From NCBI GenBank assembly GCA_964016885.1, contig OZ024743.1, positions 313,658,001-313,722,000 on the forward strand: 64,000 nt of DNA, given 5' to 3'. The notes under the pieces were generated by a model that ran no database searches, was not told where the DNA came from, and was given only the letters and a program-made list of their open reading frames with translations. Source of the DNA: Eledone cirrhosa. Taxonomy: Eukaryota. The position numbers were made by a program, and so were the translations under genes. Positions 1-14,905 of this stretch are shown in pieces; the stretch's first letter is position 1, and each line of letters starts with the position of its first letter.

Positions 1-720
1 GGCTCTCCACTGCTATTTAGGTTATTTCTTCCATAGGGATTGAGTTTTTTGTTGTTAGAGGAGACGATGTTTTGTGCAAAGTTTGGTGTAGCGCTGTAGG
101 AGAGTTTGATGGTATTTTTGTTAATTATGTTGTGGTAGCGGTGTTGTAGTGGGAAGTGTTTTTCAATGAGCCTAAAGAAGATTTTCCCGATAGGAGTTGT
201 CACCTCGGCGTTGTGGGGAGGATTGAACCATGTTACGTTGCGTGAGCGGCGGTGTCGCCTGCTGGTTCCGCTAATGGAAGCTGGACAGTAGGATATTTCC
301 TCCCGGAAACCACTCCGCTTGAGGGCCTGGTTGTAATAAGGCGCATGTTCCTCGAATATCTGCTCATTAGCTGACAAACGAGATATGCGGAGGGAGATGT
401 TTTTAACCAGGTTATTGGTGATGTTCCTAGGATGGTTTGACCGGCGGTGGATGTAGTGCAGGTTGTCGTTAGGTTTCCTGTATGGGTAGTACTGTCTTCC
501 TGGCGTGGAGGATGATGTTTCTTTCCTGGTCGGTGATGGGCACAAGTGTTTCGGCGAAGTCCAAGGCAGCCGTAAGTAGCGGTAAGGTAATTGAAGCACA
601 GTAACTCTCTATGTCAAACTGGATGAATTTCGTGTCTCGTTTTTCCTCCATATTGCTGAACCATGAGATTACTTCCTGGATGTTGACCTATAGGCTAAGT
701 CTGGCGTGTTGCTTAACTTT
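1..720 (-). pseudogene. Penelope-like element reverse transcriptase fragment (Naiad/Nematis-like), internally deleted
   Basis: Minus-strand translation gives EVISWFSNMEEKRDTKFIQFDIESYCASI (RT motif with catalytic D) and further on RNVTWFNPPHNAEVTTPIGKIFFRLIEKHFP...NKNTIKLSYS, a C-terminal block typical of this PLE group. Confidence 0.75.
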
Positions 721-1139
721 TTTTTGGAGGGGGGGGGGGGGGGGGGGGGGATTCCGAATTAATTTTCAGTATCAAATTTTACATATACTTCGTACGAGCA
801 TTTATGTAGTTTGCACTAGAATTTTTGTATCGTGGCGGCACCCTTAGAGATAGTATTAGTATTCTTTTTCGGGATTCTGAATTATTATTTCGTATTAGTT
901 TTTCTTTTTTTGCACTGGGTGGTTGCTGGCCTTGTGCCTGCGGCAGAAACCTTTATTTCGTACTGGTCTCGGGATTCTGAATTATTATTTAGTGGTAGTT
1001 TCTTTAGTATTTTGGCCCCCCACTTGTTGACCCGTCACCGTAAGTAATATTCGGTTGTTTACTTATACCTCTTAAAAGGGTCTCATTATAATTCCGTCCC
1101 ACCTAGTAAACCTTTCTTTAGTCTAGCAGTACCAGTGAG

Positions 1140-1550
1140 AGACTTGATAGCTGTCCTTAGGTTATAGCAACCAGAAAATCTTTTTTTTTTTTTTTACATT
1201 TAATTGTTTTTTAACACTCTCGGTATTTTTCTATATTTACCCCATAATTGTTTCACTTATTGTTTCGACTTCCTTCCCCTCCCCCTCCCTAGTATCTTCT
1301 CTGACCTCCTGCCCAGCTGTAGATGGCGCTATCAACGCATGACTGGGTTTCCTCCACCCCTCTCCCTCTTTCTTCTACTGGGAGGTTCAGCTACCCCTTC
1401 CCTCCACAAATTGGCATGATAGAATTATTATGTCTCAACAAAAAACTTTTGACCAATCCTTGTGACAATCATTTTTACCATATATGGAATTACCCCCTGA
1501 GAAGCTCGGCTATTCTAATACCAGGATAAAAAATGTTCATTTAGTCTTGA
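1140..1550 (+). mobile_element. PLE pLTR-like dispersed repeat, homologous to 12290-12830; keeps only the 5' half of the hammerhead
   Basis: Shares long blocks with 12290-12700 (gacttcc..cccctccccctcc, cccagctgtag, catatatggaattacccc.tgagaag.tcggctat..aataccaggataaa); diverges after tttagtc. Confidence 0.65.
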
Positions 1551-1737
1551 GATAACATTTGGTCGTTTGAACTGCTGCTAGTGGCAGGACATTGACCTGT
1601 CCACACTGCCTTCTGTCTGTACACACGGCACTAGACAAGATTATTCCTTTCCTCATTCACTCTCATCCGGGAACAGTTTTGTGTAGCGTCAGTTTGTGAT
1701 TTGAACTCGGGAATTTTATATACTCCGAGCGAGAAGA

Positions 1738-1821
1738 GCCTTCTGAAGAGAGACCGCTTCTCAATAGAAATCCGCTTGGATTATCCGTTTATTTTGGGAT
1801 TTGAAACCGCGCGGTAAAGGT
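1738..1821 (+). ncRNA. Type I hammerhead ribozyme motif with palindromic stem III
   Basis: cctt-CTGAAGA(1743-1749)...GAAAC-cgcgcg-GTA-aagg; stem I cctt/aagg; stem II irregular. Confidence 0.6.
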
Positions 1822-2399
1822 ACATATAGTAAGTACAGTGAACTTTTTAAAATTTATTTTAAAACTTTATCTCTATTTGCTAGACCTTGATTTTTTATAT
1901 ATATATATATATGTAGTGTATATATTTTTCTGTTGAACCTCTATCCAAATAGTAATAGAGCGTTCCCCTTATTTCGAACAATGAAATATCCTGCTTATGA
2001 AATTGAGGTGCAAGTCAGATACCATTCATTAGACCCATGTACTCTTAGCGTTTGAGGGGTAATTGAAGATGTCACAGTGTGTGATAAATCTAACCATTCG
2101 ATCTGCATGTAGAACTTACATTTGAGCAATTGAGTGAAATAAAGTATCTTGCTTAGGACCTCAAAGTGTCGCCGAGAGTCGAACACACAACATTATGGCT
2201 GGTAACCGCACATCTAATTCATGAAACCACGTGTCTTCATTGTTTGCATCATTAGAGTAGTGCTATCAGGATGGATGGATGGACGGACGGACTCGTAACA
2301 CCTGATTGAGTCGTAGGGGTGTCGTATTGACCTGAGTACAGCAGATTTCTTCCAGAGAATGATAGAAAGTGAGAGAGTGAGAAATGAGAAAGATTTAGA

Positions 2400-2580
2400 G
2401 AAAGAATCCACCCCTAGAACTACCAGTATAGACAGGTACTGCTTTTTACCGACCTCGAAAGGATGAAAGGCAAATTTGACCTCGGCGGAACTTGAACTCA
2501 GAGAGCAGAGTGCCAAGACTAATTACACGAAGCATTCTATCCGGCATTCTAATGACTCTGCCGATTCGCCTACTTGCTAT
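2400..2580 (-). mobile_element. SINE copy (core tgagttcaa..ccgccgaggtcaa.tttgcctttcatcctttcg.ggtcg.taaaa..agtacc)
   Basis: Same core recurs at least eight times in the window. Confidence 0.7.
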
Positions 2581-2874
2581 CAATATAATATATATTGAAA
2601 AAACAGATGTGAAGCTTTTCAATCCAGGAAACAACAGCAGTAGCAGCAACTGCAGTAGCAACAACAGTAACAAATTCAACAACAACAGCCACAGCAGAAG
2701 CCAACTAAGTAATTGTGTTGACGTCAATAATGGAGTGATTGCAATGTTGTTTTTGATGACTTAAAAATAATAGGATACAAGAGGAAAAATAGTACGATTT
2801 AGAAAAACTTTGTCTCCGTCAATTGCCAAACGTCTTCTCTTCTGTATTGACGTATCATACATGTTTGCACATTC

Positions 2875-2973
<99 letters not shown>

Positions 2974-3344
2974 TTTAGAAACACACAGATACACGCGGAC
3001 ACACACATATATACATGAATGCATCCGCACCCTAAATGTTTCTTCTCTCTTCATAATGTATATATAATATATATATATATAAATGTATATATTTGTGGTT
3101 GTGTTCTTTATTTTATATATATATACATTAATATGCTCGTATATATGTATATACGCAAATACAAATACAAATGTGCATATATAAATATATATACAAACAC
3201 AAACACACACACACAGATACACACAGACACAGACGACACAGACACGCCCCCCCCCCCCCATATATATATATATAATAATCAAACAACTGTACTGGCCCCC
3301 TGCTATTTTCTGACAAATATGTCTACAAAATGCTATAATAATAA

Positions 3345-3455
3345 TTTTTTCTACTTTTGGACAAAGCCAACACTTACCCAGTACATTACTGATACTTTAT
3401 TTTATCGACCCCTTAAGGATGAAAGGCAAAGTTAACCTCCGCAGGATTTGAATGC
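3345..3455 (-). mobile_element. SINE copy, same family, 5'-truncated
   Basis: ttattttatcgacccc.taaggatgaaaggcaaagttaacctc matches the family core. Confidence 0.65.
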
Positions 3456-3479
3456 TATAATAATAATGAAAATGCTATA

Positions 3480-4016
3480 ATAATATTGAAATTGAGGCAT
3501 GGAGGTTTTAAAGGATGCAGTGTTTCGGCAGCTAACAACAGAAGCAGGTAGTTTGTTCCATGATTTGGCAACTCTGAGCGTGAAAATATGTTTCGGAAAG
3601 TCATGGGAGCTGTGCTGTTTTCTGACTTTGTAGGCATGCTTACGTGTTTTAGACACATGGAATTCAAAAAGGTGCTCAGGGTTGTTGTTGGCAAGAAGTT
3701 TAATAATTTTGTGGGTGCTCACCAAGTCAGTTGCCAGACGTCGGAGCTTCAATGTATCTATGACCAGTGAAGCAATAAATTCAGAGTATGGTAGATGCAT
3801 TCGCTTGGTTGCATGTCTATGAACAGTTTCCAAGAGATCAATGTTCTGAGCAAAATAGGAGTTCGGGACTGGTGATGCAAATTCTAAGTGTGACCGCCCC
3901 ATAGCTATATACAGATTGAAATAGATAGCTGGAGAGCGGGTGACAAAGGTCTTGCTGAGTGATGCCAAGACACCCTCGGTGTTTAGTTTAGAATAATTGA
4001 TATTCGCATCGTTCAA
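3480..4016 (-). pseudogene. CR1-clade LINE ORF2 C-terminal fragment
   Basis: LYIAMGRSHLEFASPV..IDLLETVHRHATKRM..LPYSE..TLKLRRLATDL..TRKHAYK..FTLRVAKSWNKLP..VV....SFK matches the CR1 ORF2 tail. Confidence 0.85.
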
Positions 4017-4476
4017 TGTATAAACGTTTCCAGAATTATCTATTTGTGTGTTAATTTTTATTTTCTAAGTAATATTTAAATTACTTATTTCGTATAGGGT
4101 GTTTTAAAATGACTACCCCCTCTCGTTCTCTCCGTTCCTCTGTATCAATACAAAAATACACAAAGATGCACCCCCACCCACATATATATATGTACACGTC
4201 TATATATATATATATATATATATATATCTTAAAAAAGGAAAAGAATGTCTTCACATGTAGTTCTAAACAATTTGATTTAATTTTATAATATGATTTTACA
4301 ATGTGGTGAAGTCATTCTTTTCCCTTTTTTTTAATAACCTTACCAAGAATTTCACACATTTACCAATATATGTATATATATACATATACGTAAGCGTGTG
4401 TATTTATATATATATATATATACACATATACATATGCGTATATATATATGTATATATATATATACGTAAGCGTGTG

Positions 4477-4528
<52 letters not shown>

Positions 4529-4540
4529 TATGCGTATATA

Positions 4541-4601
<61 letters not shown>

Positions 4602-4612
4602 GTAAGCGTGTG

Positions 4613-4668
<56 letters not shown>

Positions 4669-4693
4669 TATGCGTATATATATATGTATATCT

Positions 4694-4763
<70 letters not shown>

Positions 4764-5024
4764 TATGTGTGCAAGTGTGTGTGTGTATTCGTCTGGTATA
4801 TAAGATATATATATACATACATACATTTTCGGCAGAATATGCACACAGTTCCATACGACGTTACTCAGACCTCAACAACGTTGTTGGCATGGAATGTCAT
4901 GCATTAAAGCGTTAATTATTTTATGATGCTAATTTGTGCAACGTATTGGAGAGCATGTCTGTTGATGTGATACATATGAGACGATAACAAAATAAAGAAT
5001 GGTCAGGTACATATAATTGTATCT

Positions 5025-5200
5025 ACTTTTGCCACAAGGCCAGCAATTACCCCAGTACACTACTGGTACTTTATTTTATCGAACCCGTATATGATGAAAG
5101 ACAAAGTTAACCTCGGCGGGATTTGAACTGAGAACATAAAGGGGCGTAACTCTATGCTGCAAAGCATGGCGTCCGACCTTCTACCGATACTGCCAATCCC
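5025..5200 (-). mobile_element. SINE copy, same family
   Basis: ctggtactttattttatcga..gatgaaagacaaagttaacctcggcgggatttgaact; nearly colinear with 58795-58985 reversed. Confidence 0.7.
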
Positions 5201-5504
5201 CCAAATTACGACAAAAAATAAAAAGACAATTAAAATGTGCGACAAATTAATGCTGGAAAGAATAATAAAAACTTGACATTTGTTCATGTATAAATATTGA
5301 CATTGTTACAATAAATTTGATGCCTTGTACAAAATACAGTTAGAACAGTGAAACATTACTATATATTAGCAATAGTATGGCCCCGTAACTCCTGATACAG
5401 TCATAGTGGTGCCGTATTGACATACAGCATTTCTTGGGAATGTTAAGCCTGGTGTAACCTATCCCACTCCAGACCTGATTACAGATTTCTTCCAGAGAGA
5501 GGAA

Positions 5505-5670
5505 AAATTGACCCCAATACTAGACTGCTACTTTTTTTTATAGACCTCGAAAAGATGAAAGGTAAAGGTGACCTCGACGGGATTTGAACTCAGACGGCAT
5601 TCGAAAGCAGAGAGCCGGAACTAATACTATATCGCCTTCTATCGGTAGATCTGACGACTCTGCCAATTCA
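5505..5670 (-). mobile_element. SINE copy, same family
   Basis: gacctcgaaaagatgaaaggtaaaggtgacctcgacgggatttgaactcaga. Confidence 0.65.
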
Positions 5671-5790
5671 CTGCTTATATTAACAGTAGATAGTACTAAT
5701 AAAGGCTCAGACAACCTTTGTTTTGGGTTCCGGAGAAATGAAATAATCAGCACAATTAGATGGATAAATATTAATATTAAAATTAGAAAT

Positions 5791-5858
<68 letters not shown>

Positions 5859-5911
5859 TAAACAAATAATGAATAAACAATGAAACAGTTCCTTATATTA
5901 AACAAAAAAAG

Positions 5912-6065
5912 TTCATTATTTAACGATCGTTTCTAGGATATATATGTGTTAGAATTGGCATGCATATTCAACAGATCTATGTACAAAATTATACAAAATT
6001 ATACAAACTATCAAGATTAAATATACATACCAACACATATATACGCCGTCTTCAGAAATAATGAA
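5912..6065 (-). ncRNA. Type I hammerhead ribozyme motif (inverted copy of 8544-8697)
   Basis: Reverse complement of 8544-8697. Confidence 0.7.
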
Positions 6066-6695
6066 ATATATTTATTGATAATAACAACAATTCAAAATTT
6101 CAGGTCCGTTTGGGAACAAAATTGACCAATGAAAATACAAAAGGTTTAATGCAGTTCGGTGTGTGTATATACATGTAACTACCCTTACACATATTTTACA
6201 AAAATGTATGCACAACTTGTATACGCATACCAAAAGGATGGATGCAAATACAAAATTTCAAGGTTAATGTCTCTGTAAGTTTATAATGCACAGATAAGAT
6301 GCGTATAGACACATAAATATGAAATAAGTGTATACACATATTCTCATACTCACACATATACGTACAATCACACACACACGCGCGTATATGCATAAACATA
6401 CACATAACTACGAACATACAAACACACACACACCCCCACTCACATATATATATGTGGATATAAAATCCTAAGCACATGGATATTAATTCACTCACATAAA
6501 CACTGGCACACACATTTAGATCAAGATACAGAAATTAGGTGGGAGGGGGGGAGAGGTCAGTATTCAACGGTTTGGGCAGACTGCTTAATATAGATGTATC
6601 TATAAACTAAGAAAATAAAAAATAATAAATAATAAATAAACATTAAAAAGGAAAGAAAAGAAAAAGAAAAAAGAAAAAAGAAATATATCAAGAAA

Positions 6696-6750
<55 letters not shown>

Positions 6751-6901
6751 CACATATATACACACATATATATACATACACATATACAAAACACATACAT
6801 ACATATACACACATCCACACTTAGAACATACATACACACACATATATAAACATATACATATACACACATACATACATATACACACATACATATAAATACA
6901 C

Positions 6902-6953
<52 letters not shown>

Positions 6954-7239
6954 ATACACATATAATCATACATACTATATAGACACACATATATATATAC
7001 ACACATACACGCACATATACATACACTTACATACTTATATACATACAGATATACACATACATACCTATATATACACACAAATACATACAGACATACATAC
7101 ATACATACAGACAAATACTTACGCATCTATATATCGGTATTTACATACAAACACCACTACACTCTCACACAACACAGACATACAAAGAAAAAGGTATATA
7201 CCTATACACATATACATATACCAATAGAGAAACATATAC

Positions 7240-7314
<75 letters not shown>

Positions 7315-7512
7315 TATACACACATACACATACATACACATACATACATGTACACACACATAGATATATATACACATACACACATACACACATACATATA
7401 TAGTCATACACACACATACACCTACACGAACATACACATACACATATATAAAGATATATATACACACACACACACACATACACACACACACATATATATA
7501 TAAAAAAAATAA

Positions 7513-7559
<47 letters not shown>

Positions 7560-8134
7560 CATATACATACACACATACATAGACATATATGTACATACAT
7601 ACACATACATAGATACATACACACACATACATACATATATATATACACACATAGACATATACATACATACACACACAACATACATACACACATATATACT
7701 CATACATAGAATTAGATATATAATCATACATACATACGCACTTACATATACTCATATATACAAATACATACGCATCCATATATGCGTATATACATAGAAA
7801 CACCACTACACCCTCACCCAACTCAGACATACAAAGAAAAAGGCATATACATATACATACATACACGCATTAATAGAGATATATATACACATATATATAT
7901 ATATATATATATACACATACACTTATATATATATACCCACACACACATACAACCATAAATACACATACAAACACCCACATATACATATATATACACATAT
8001 ATATATATATACACACACATAAAAAACAGACATGTACATATATATTTTTTTACACATATATATACACATATATATACATATACACACCCTCACATATACA
8101 CACATACAAATAAGTTATATTATAATAATAAATA

Positions 8135-8187
<53 letters not shown>

Positions 8188-8438
8188 CGAATATAGACAT
8201 ATATACACACATAGATATATATATATATATATATACACATACATATACACACACACATATACACACTCACATATATATGTGTGAGCACACACACATATAT
8301 ACACATACACACATATACACATAAACACATATATGTGTATACATGCACACACACACATATATCCACATAGATACGAAGATAGACATATAAATAGAGAGAC
8401 ATACATATATATACACACACACATATACATACATACAT

Positions 8439-8483
<45 letters not shown>

Positions 8484-8543
8484 TACACACATACACATAC
8501 ACATATATAAATTTTGAATTGTTGTTATTATCAATAAATATAT

Positions 8544-8697
8544 TTCATTATTTCTGAAGACGGCGTATATATGTGTTGGTATGTATATTTAATCTTGATA
8601 GTTTGTATAATTTTGTATAATTTTGTACATAGATCTGTTGAATATGCATGCCAATTCTAACACATATATATCCTAGAAACGATCGTTAAATAATGAA
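8544..8697 (+). ncRNA. Type I hammerhead ribozyme motif with long stem II
   Basis: ttcattattt-CTGAAGA...GAAAC-gatc-GTT-aaataatgaa: 10-bp stem I, palindromic stem III, stem II tatatatgtgttgg/ctaacacatatata with an imperfect base. Confidence 0.75.
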
Positions 8698-8890
8698 CTT
8701 TTTTTGTTTAATATAAGGAACTGTTTCATTGTTTATTCATTATTTGTTTAATATTTTATCTTGACTCTGTATACCGTTTATCTTTCACCGAAAGTGATTT
8801 TTCATTACATCTCTTCTTTCCATGATATCCGGAATACATTGAGTTCTTCATACGGATTGGACACTACCGTAAACTCTTGGTAGATTTATC

Positions 8891-8922
<32 letters not shown>

Positions 8923-8924
<2 letters not shown>

Positions 8925-9119
8925 AAAGAAGAGGAAGTTTCGTTTACATATAAAATATACTTTTTGTCACATCGCCAGTCTGAAGAGCAGATCAATAGTG
9001 GTGTCGGTTCCATATCTCATATGGGTTATCTTGAGCCAATCCTCTGCGAAACGCGCGTAATAGTTCGATACCCAATAAATATATTTTATATGTAAACGAA
9101 ACTTCCTCGTTGTTTTCAA

Positions 9120-9125
<6 letters not shown>
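8923..9125 (+). mobile_element. ~200-nt mini-element: 29-bp inverted repeat enclosing a hammerhead, between two (TA)n tracts
   Basis: gaggaagtttcgtttacatataaaatata (8931-8959) / tatattttatatgtaaacgaaacttcctc (9080-9108). Confidence 0.75.
8971..9070 (+). ncRNA. Type I hammerhead ribozyme motif
   Basis: CTGAAGA(8980-8986)-gcaga...tctgc-GAAAC-gcgc-GTA(9057-9059); canonical core, stem II gcaga/tctgc; proximal stem I weak, atcg/cgat distal. Confidence 0.8.
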
Positions 9126-9172
<47 letters not shown>

Positions 9173-9860
9173 TATTATTAAAGCTAAATATGAGTCTTGT
9201 AACTCTGGAGTTTCTCTTGTTTATCACAGGGTCATAAAATGAATATTAAAACTTTACTTCGGTATATTGCATACTCTTTTCTCTCAGCTGTCAATGGATA
9301 TATGTATATATATGTCAACTGGAATAAAGTGAAATAAATTATCTCGTATAGGAATCGAAGGCTCAACCATACTATTTTGACTCCAGCCACACATCTTCGC
9401 TGTAGATGTTTAGGGAATGATAAATCGTTTACTATCAAAGCTTGGATATTTTACTCTAGAGATGCTAGTGTGTTTTACATGATATTGCAAGTAAAATACC
9501 ATAGTCATTGGTGTTTCCTGCTACAATCCCAACGGAATTGAATAAACCTTTCATGGTTCCGGCTCTGATGAGGTAAATGGCAACATTATTGAAATAACTA
9601 TACAATATGCCTTAAAACAATTTATATCGTATTCCTCAATTACCGGGGTTAATGAATGGATATTGTGGACATTATGCCTTCTCTGTGAACATTGGCACTG
9701 TCAGCAATGTCTTCTATTGGGAATCAAAAAGATAGTGAGAATACATAAACACGCCTCCATACACACATATATTCCCTTTCTTTATCTCTCCCGCTCTCTC
9801 TTTCTCATATATATAATTTATATAATGAACCAAAACGTTGATTGTATCCTCTTTTAGGTG

Positions 9861-9994
<134 letters not shown>

Positions 9995-10211
9995 GTATAT
10001 ATGTATATATATATATATTATTATTATTAATATCACTATTTGTACAAATATGCAACTTAACAATATTCTGCATATCCGCAATTAACAATGCATATGATGC
10101 TGGAGTCGGTATCGTAAATAAATTAATGTTTTGATATTTCGCTGAAAAGAAACTCTTCTACATTTTCTACTGAAAAAATATTTTTCCTTTCTACAATTTG
10201 TTTTCATATAT

Positions 10212-10259
<48 letters not shown>

Positions 10260-10465
10260 CTCTCTTTCTCTCTCCTTTTCCACCTGGCCTTTTGATTAAT
10301 AAAAGGCCTCGAGCGCACCCAAACTACACCGATTCATCGTAATTTAGCGCCGAAACATCGGTTCGGGATATATTTACAGCTGATGATGGAAACTCCTTTC
10401 TTCCTTTCTCCTCCTGTTCCGCCCTAACCACCATCCTAAACCCTATATATATATATATATATATA

Positions 10466-10505
<40 letters not shown>

Positions 10506-10529
10506 TTACATCGTAGGATGCTACGAGAA

Positions 10530-10905
10530 AGCATGGACGCACGTAGCATTTTGGTTAGGGAGGTTCGACTCACTAATTGTAAGATTATCTTTGAAAGATG
10601 TATATAATATCGCGTTGCTCCAGTCCACCCACCTGCCCAAATAACGCTCTACCTGTAATTCGACAGAGCCACTATTTTCACAATCTATGCTATGCTGAAT
10701 CTCCTCCAGATCTAGGCTAAATGTTCACGTGACTGTGGGATACTCAGCAACATGCACATTAACTTCACGAGCAGGTTTGAAAAACTGGATCATTGAATGT
10801 TTTGTGTTATTCTGTGCGGTGAATTCATAACTCGACATAGTTAACTTTAATTTTCACTCTTTCGTATTGCATGAATAAAGCACCAGTCAAATACTGGGGT
10901 TGCTT
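10530..10905 (+). mobile_element. Degenerate SINE-like remnants (second SINE type followed by a core-family copy)
   Basis: cgttgctccagtccaccca motif shared with 18000-18250; 10820-10900 matches the SINE core. Confidence 0.4.
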
Positions 10906-11067
10906 TTTAACCCTAATTCTCTTTCTGTCTGAATCAGCTATGTGCAGTGACCAACAACAATGTTTTCACCAATATACTGAATGTGGAAACGGAAAGAAAG
11001 ACAGAACGTAATGTCAACTATCCAAAAGGAAATCGAAACCAGAGAACACACACTCACATTTCGCATA

Positions 11068-11150
<83 letters not shown>

Positions 11151-11172
11151 CTGTGTGTATATATATATATAC

Positions 11173-11208
<36 letters not shown>

Positions 11209-11626
11209 GCTTCCTGTACGTTGGGACACGACAACACAAAAGACTCGAAGTAAATAACATAGAGACTATATAAAGAATGCGAGGAGAGGGAAGTTTGTAA
11301 TCATAAGTCAAACAAACTGCTTCAGTAATATCATTTGATGTCTGTGAAATTATTATTTCAATATGGTGGAATTATTTTGAGAAGAGTTGTTTATATTTAT
11401 AATATTCCACGTTGCTTTGATCTGGTAAACATAAAGTCAATTGTACATCAATCAATCGGGTGTTGAAGGAAATGGAGACGAATAATTAATATAAATTGTC
11501 CCTTGCGCGAAACTAATATAGTCGCTACAATGGCTACAAAATGGCTTCGCATCTGGCTATGGTCATATTACGCTTTTATGAGCTCAAACAGAAACACAAA
11601 AACACACACGCGTACTTAGCCAAGCA

Positions 11627-11673
<47 letters not shown>

Positions 11674-12221
11674 CACACACATATACAAATATTCCTATAA
11701 TTTATATATATATATATATATATAAATAAATGTGTGTGCATGTATATACATAAAGAAAGAGACGTGCACATATATATATATATATATACACACATGCATA
11801 TATAAAGAGACTTCGAATCAATAACGACATGTAACATTCAATGACATAGTACATATAAGAAACTTTGTCATTATCCTTAATCGCTATACAATACACCGCC
11901 CTCCATGCTGCTTTTTTGTCATTTCTGTAAGTCAGTCTCTGCCCCGCTCTCTCTCTCTATTATCTGCTGCTTTATTTCATATTACATATTTTAAACACAT
12001 TAGTTTTCATATGCTACCTCTTCTTAAAATGAAAGCCAAATGTTAGTACTTCAAAGAATGCTATATATATATATACATAGTCATAATATCTTGGTAGAAA
12101 TATCCAAGACAAAAACATTTTCCCGGTTCATTTCCACAAGTATTGTGTAAAACGTTGGTCGTCCAAACCAATGAATCGTACATTCCTGGTATGATGATTC
12201 CGTTGTAGTAACTGGCCTTAA

Positions 12222-12983
<762 letters not shown>

Positions 12984-13145
12984 TATATATATATTGTTAT
13001 ACTTTGGGAGGGTCATGTTGCCAATAAGAAACACTCGCACCAGTTGCTTTCACTCCAATTTATTATAAATTAAATTATAAATAAATTAAAAAATTTATAA
13101 ATTTCCGGTTGGTTGGTTCCACAACCGGACGGTTGTTCGTATATG

Positions 13146-13188
13146 GTCAAAGTTCTTTCGTCACACATTCTGTAACCTCTTCAGTGAC
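13146..13188 (-). ncRNA. Minimal type I hammerhead motif in PLE pLTR
   Basis: Minus strand gtca-CTGAAGA-g-gttac-agaatgt-gtgac-GAAA-g-aa-CTT-tgac; lies just downstream of a GIY-YIG remnant on the same strand. Confidence 0.65.
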
Positions 13189-13387
13189 TGGGGATTCTTT
13201 TCTTTGTTTTGTGCCTCTCCTTTGTTCTGTCCTACGCTATCTTGGTTTTGTGTGTTTTCTGTGCTTAATTTGCGCATGTGTTATATCCGGGTGTCTGTGT
13301 GTGTTTTTATTTGTTTATTTATTAGTTTATTTACATGTTAATGGTTAGTTGTTTGTTCTATGTGTGTGTGTGTTTTCATTTTGTCCT

Positions 13388-13735
13388 TAATTGTAAGTTG
13401 TGATGCTGTTATACCATTCATGTTTTCTATTTAATTTTGGTTGGAGTTCATTTATGATTATTGCCTCTGTTATTTGTCTAAACATTGAGTCTTTTCTGTG
13501 TATAGATTTTATTTTTATTTCTATGTTCTCTAAGTTGCCCTTACGTCCTATTTTAGCATGTTGGTGGAGTACTGATGATTCATTCTATCTTGAAACCAGT
13601 GTTCATTTAACCGAGCATTCACCTATATACACTATATTCTTATCTTTACATTGTCTTTCAGTACATCTTATACTATATATTATGTTTCTAGTTTTACAAT
13701 TAATATGGGGGCTTAGTTTACATATTATGGATTTC
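13388..13735 (-). pseudogene. PLE GIY-YIG endonuclease remnant (element end extends to ~13000)
   Basis: [31 protein letters not shown]...SVLHQHAK...[29 protein letters not shown], with stops. Confidence 0.8.
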
Positions 13736-13764
13736 TTCTTCTTCTCTCTCTCTCTCTCTCTCTG

Positions 13765-13858
<94 letters not shown>

Positions 13859-13911
13859 CATATATGTATATATATATATATATATATACATATATGTATA
13901 TATATATATAT

Positions 13912-14020
<109 letters not shown>

Positions 14021-14211
14021 TGTATATAACAAATTTAATATAGAACTGTTTCATTCGAAGAAAATCCTCAAGACCTTCCCGCTGATTTCCTTTGAATGAA
14101 ATAGTTCTAGTCCTATAGAAGACAATTCTTTATTTAAAAATTGTTGTATACACTCAACTAATGTACTGAGTATTTTACTTATTGTGGTTCCCCCCTATTG
14201 AGACAAGGACT

Positions 14212-14272
<61 letters not shown>

Positions 14273-14793
14273 GTGTGTGTCTGTGTGTGTGTTTGTGGAG
14301 TGTGGATGTATACATGCATACATATATATGTATATATAATTTATAATTTCAATCGTTTCCCGGTTGCTGTCATAATACCACGTCCATGCTGCAGCACCAC
14401 CGTGATTCGATTGATATCAACCTCTGTACTCATTGTTTTAAGTCGAGTATTGGTTTTATCGATCTCTTTTTGACGTACTGCAAGGTGAACCATGAACATA
14501 GATACAACCGTAAACACTGTCACTGAGAAACACAATATTCCTTATGGAGCATTATTGACGAATAACAATAGCCATTAAACGCGTATATAGCAAATACTGC
14601 AGTTATCAATATAAACTGTAAGATGAACACAGTTTATTATCTCACATCGAAAGATGTGTATGTTTATAGAAGTTTACGTATTGAATACATTGTTATACAC
14701 CTTTCAGCCCCAACGTCTTATATATACATACATACGTATATATATACATATATATAAATACATATATACATACATATACCTATACAAATATAC

Positions 14794-14905
<112 letters not shown>

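Larger units (their letters stand above)
5850..8893 (+). mobile_element. Non-coding PLE-type insertion with 251-bp inverted terminal segments (5850-6100 / 8509-8759), inserted in (TA)n
   Basis: Arms read as exact reverse complements; each contains a hammerhead; interior is degenerate CA/TA repeat; (TA)n on both flanks. Confidence 0.8.

Noticed and set aside
10345-10395. GAAAC..GTT followed by CTGATGA (possible permuted hammerhead)
   Set aside because: Stems I and II cannot be paired convincingly
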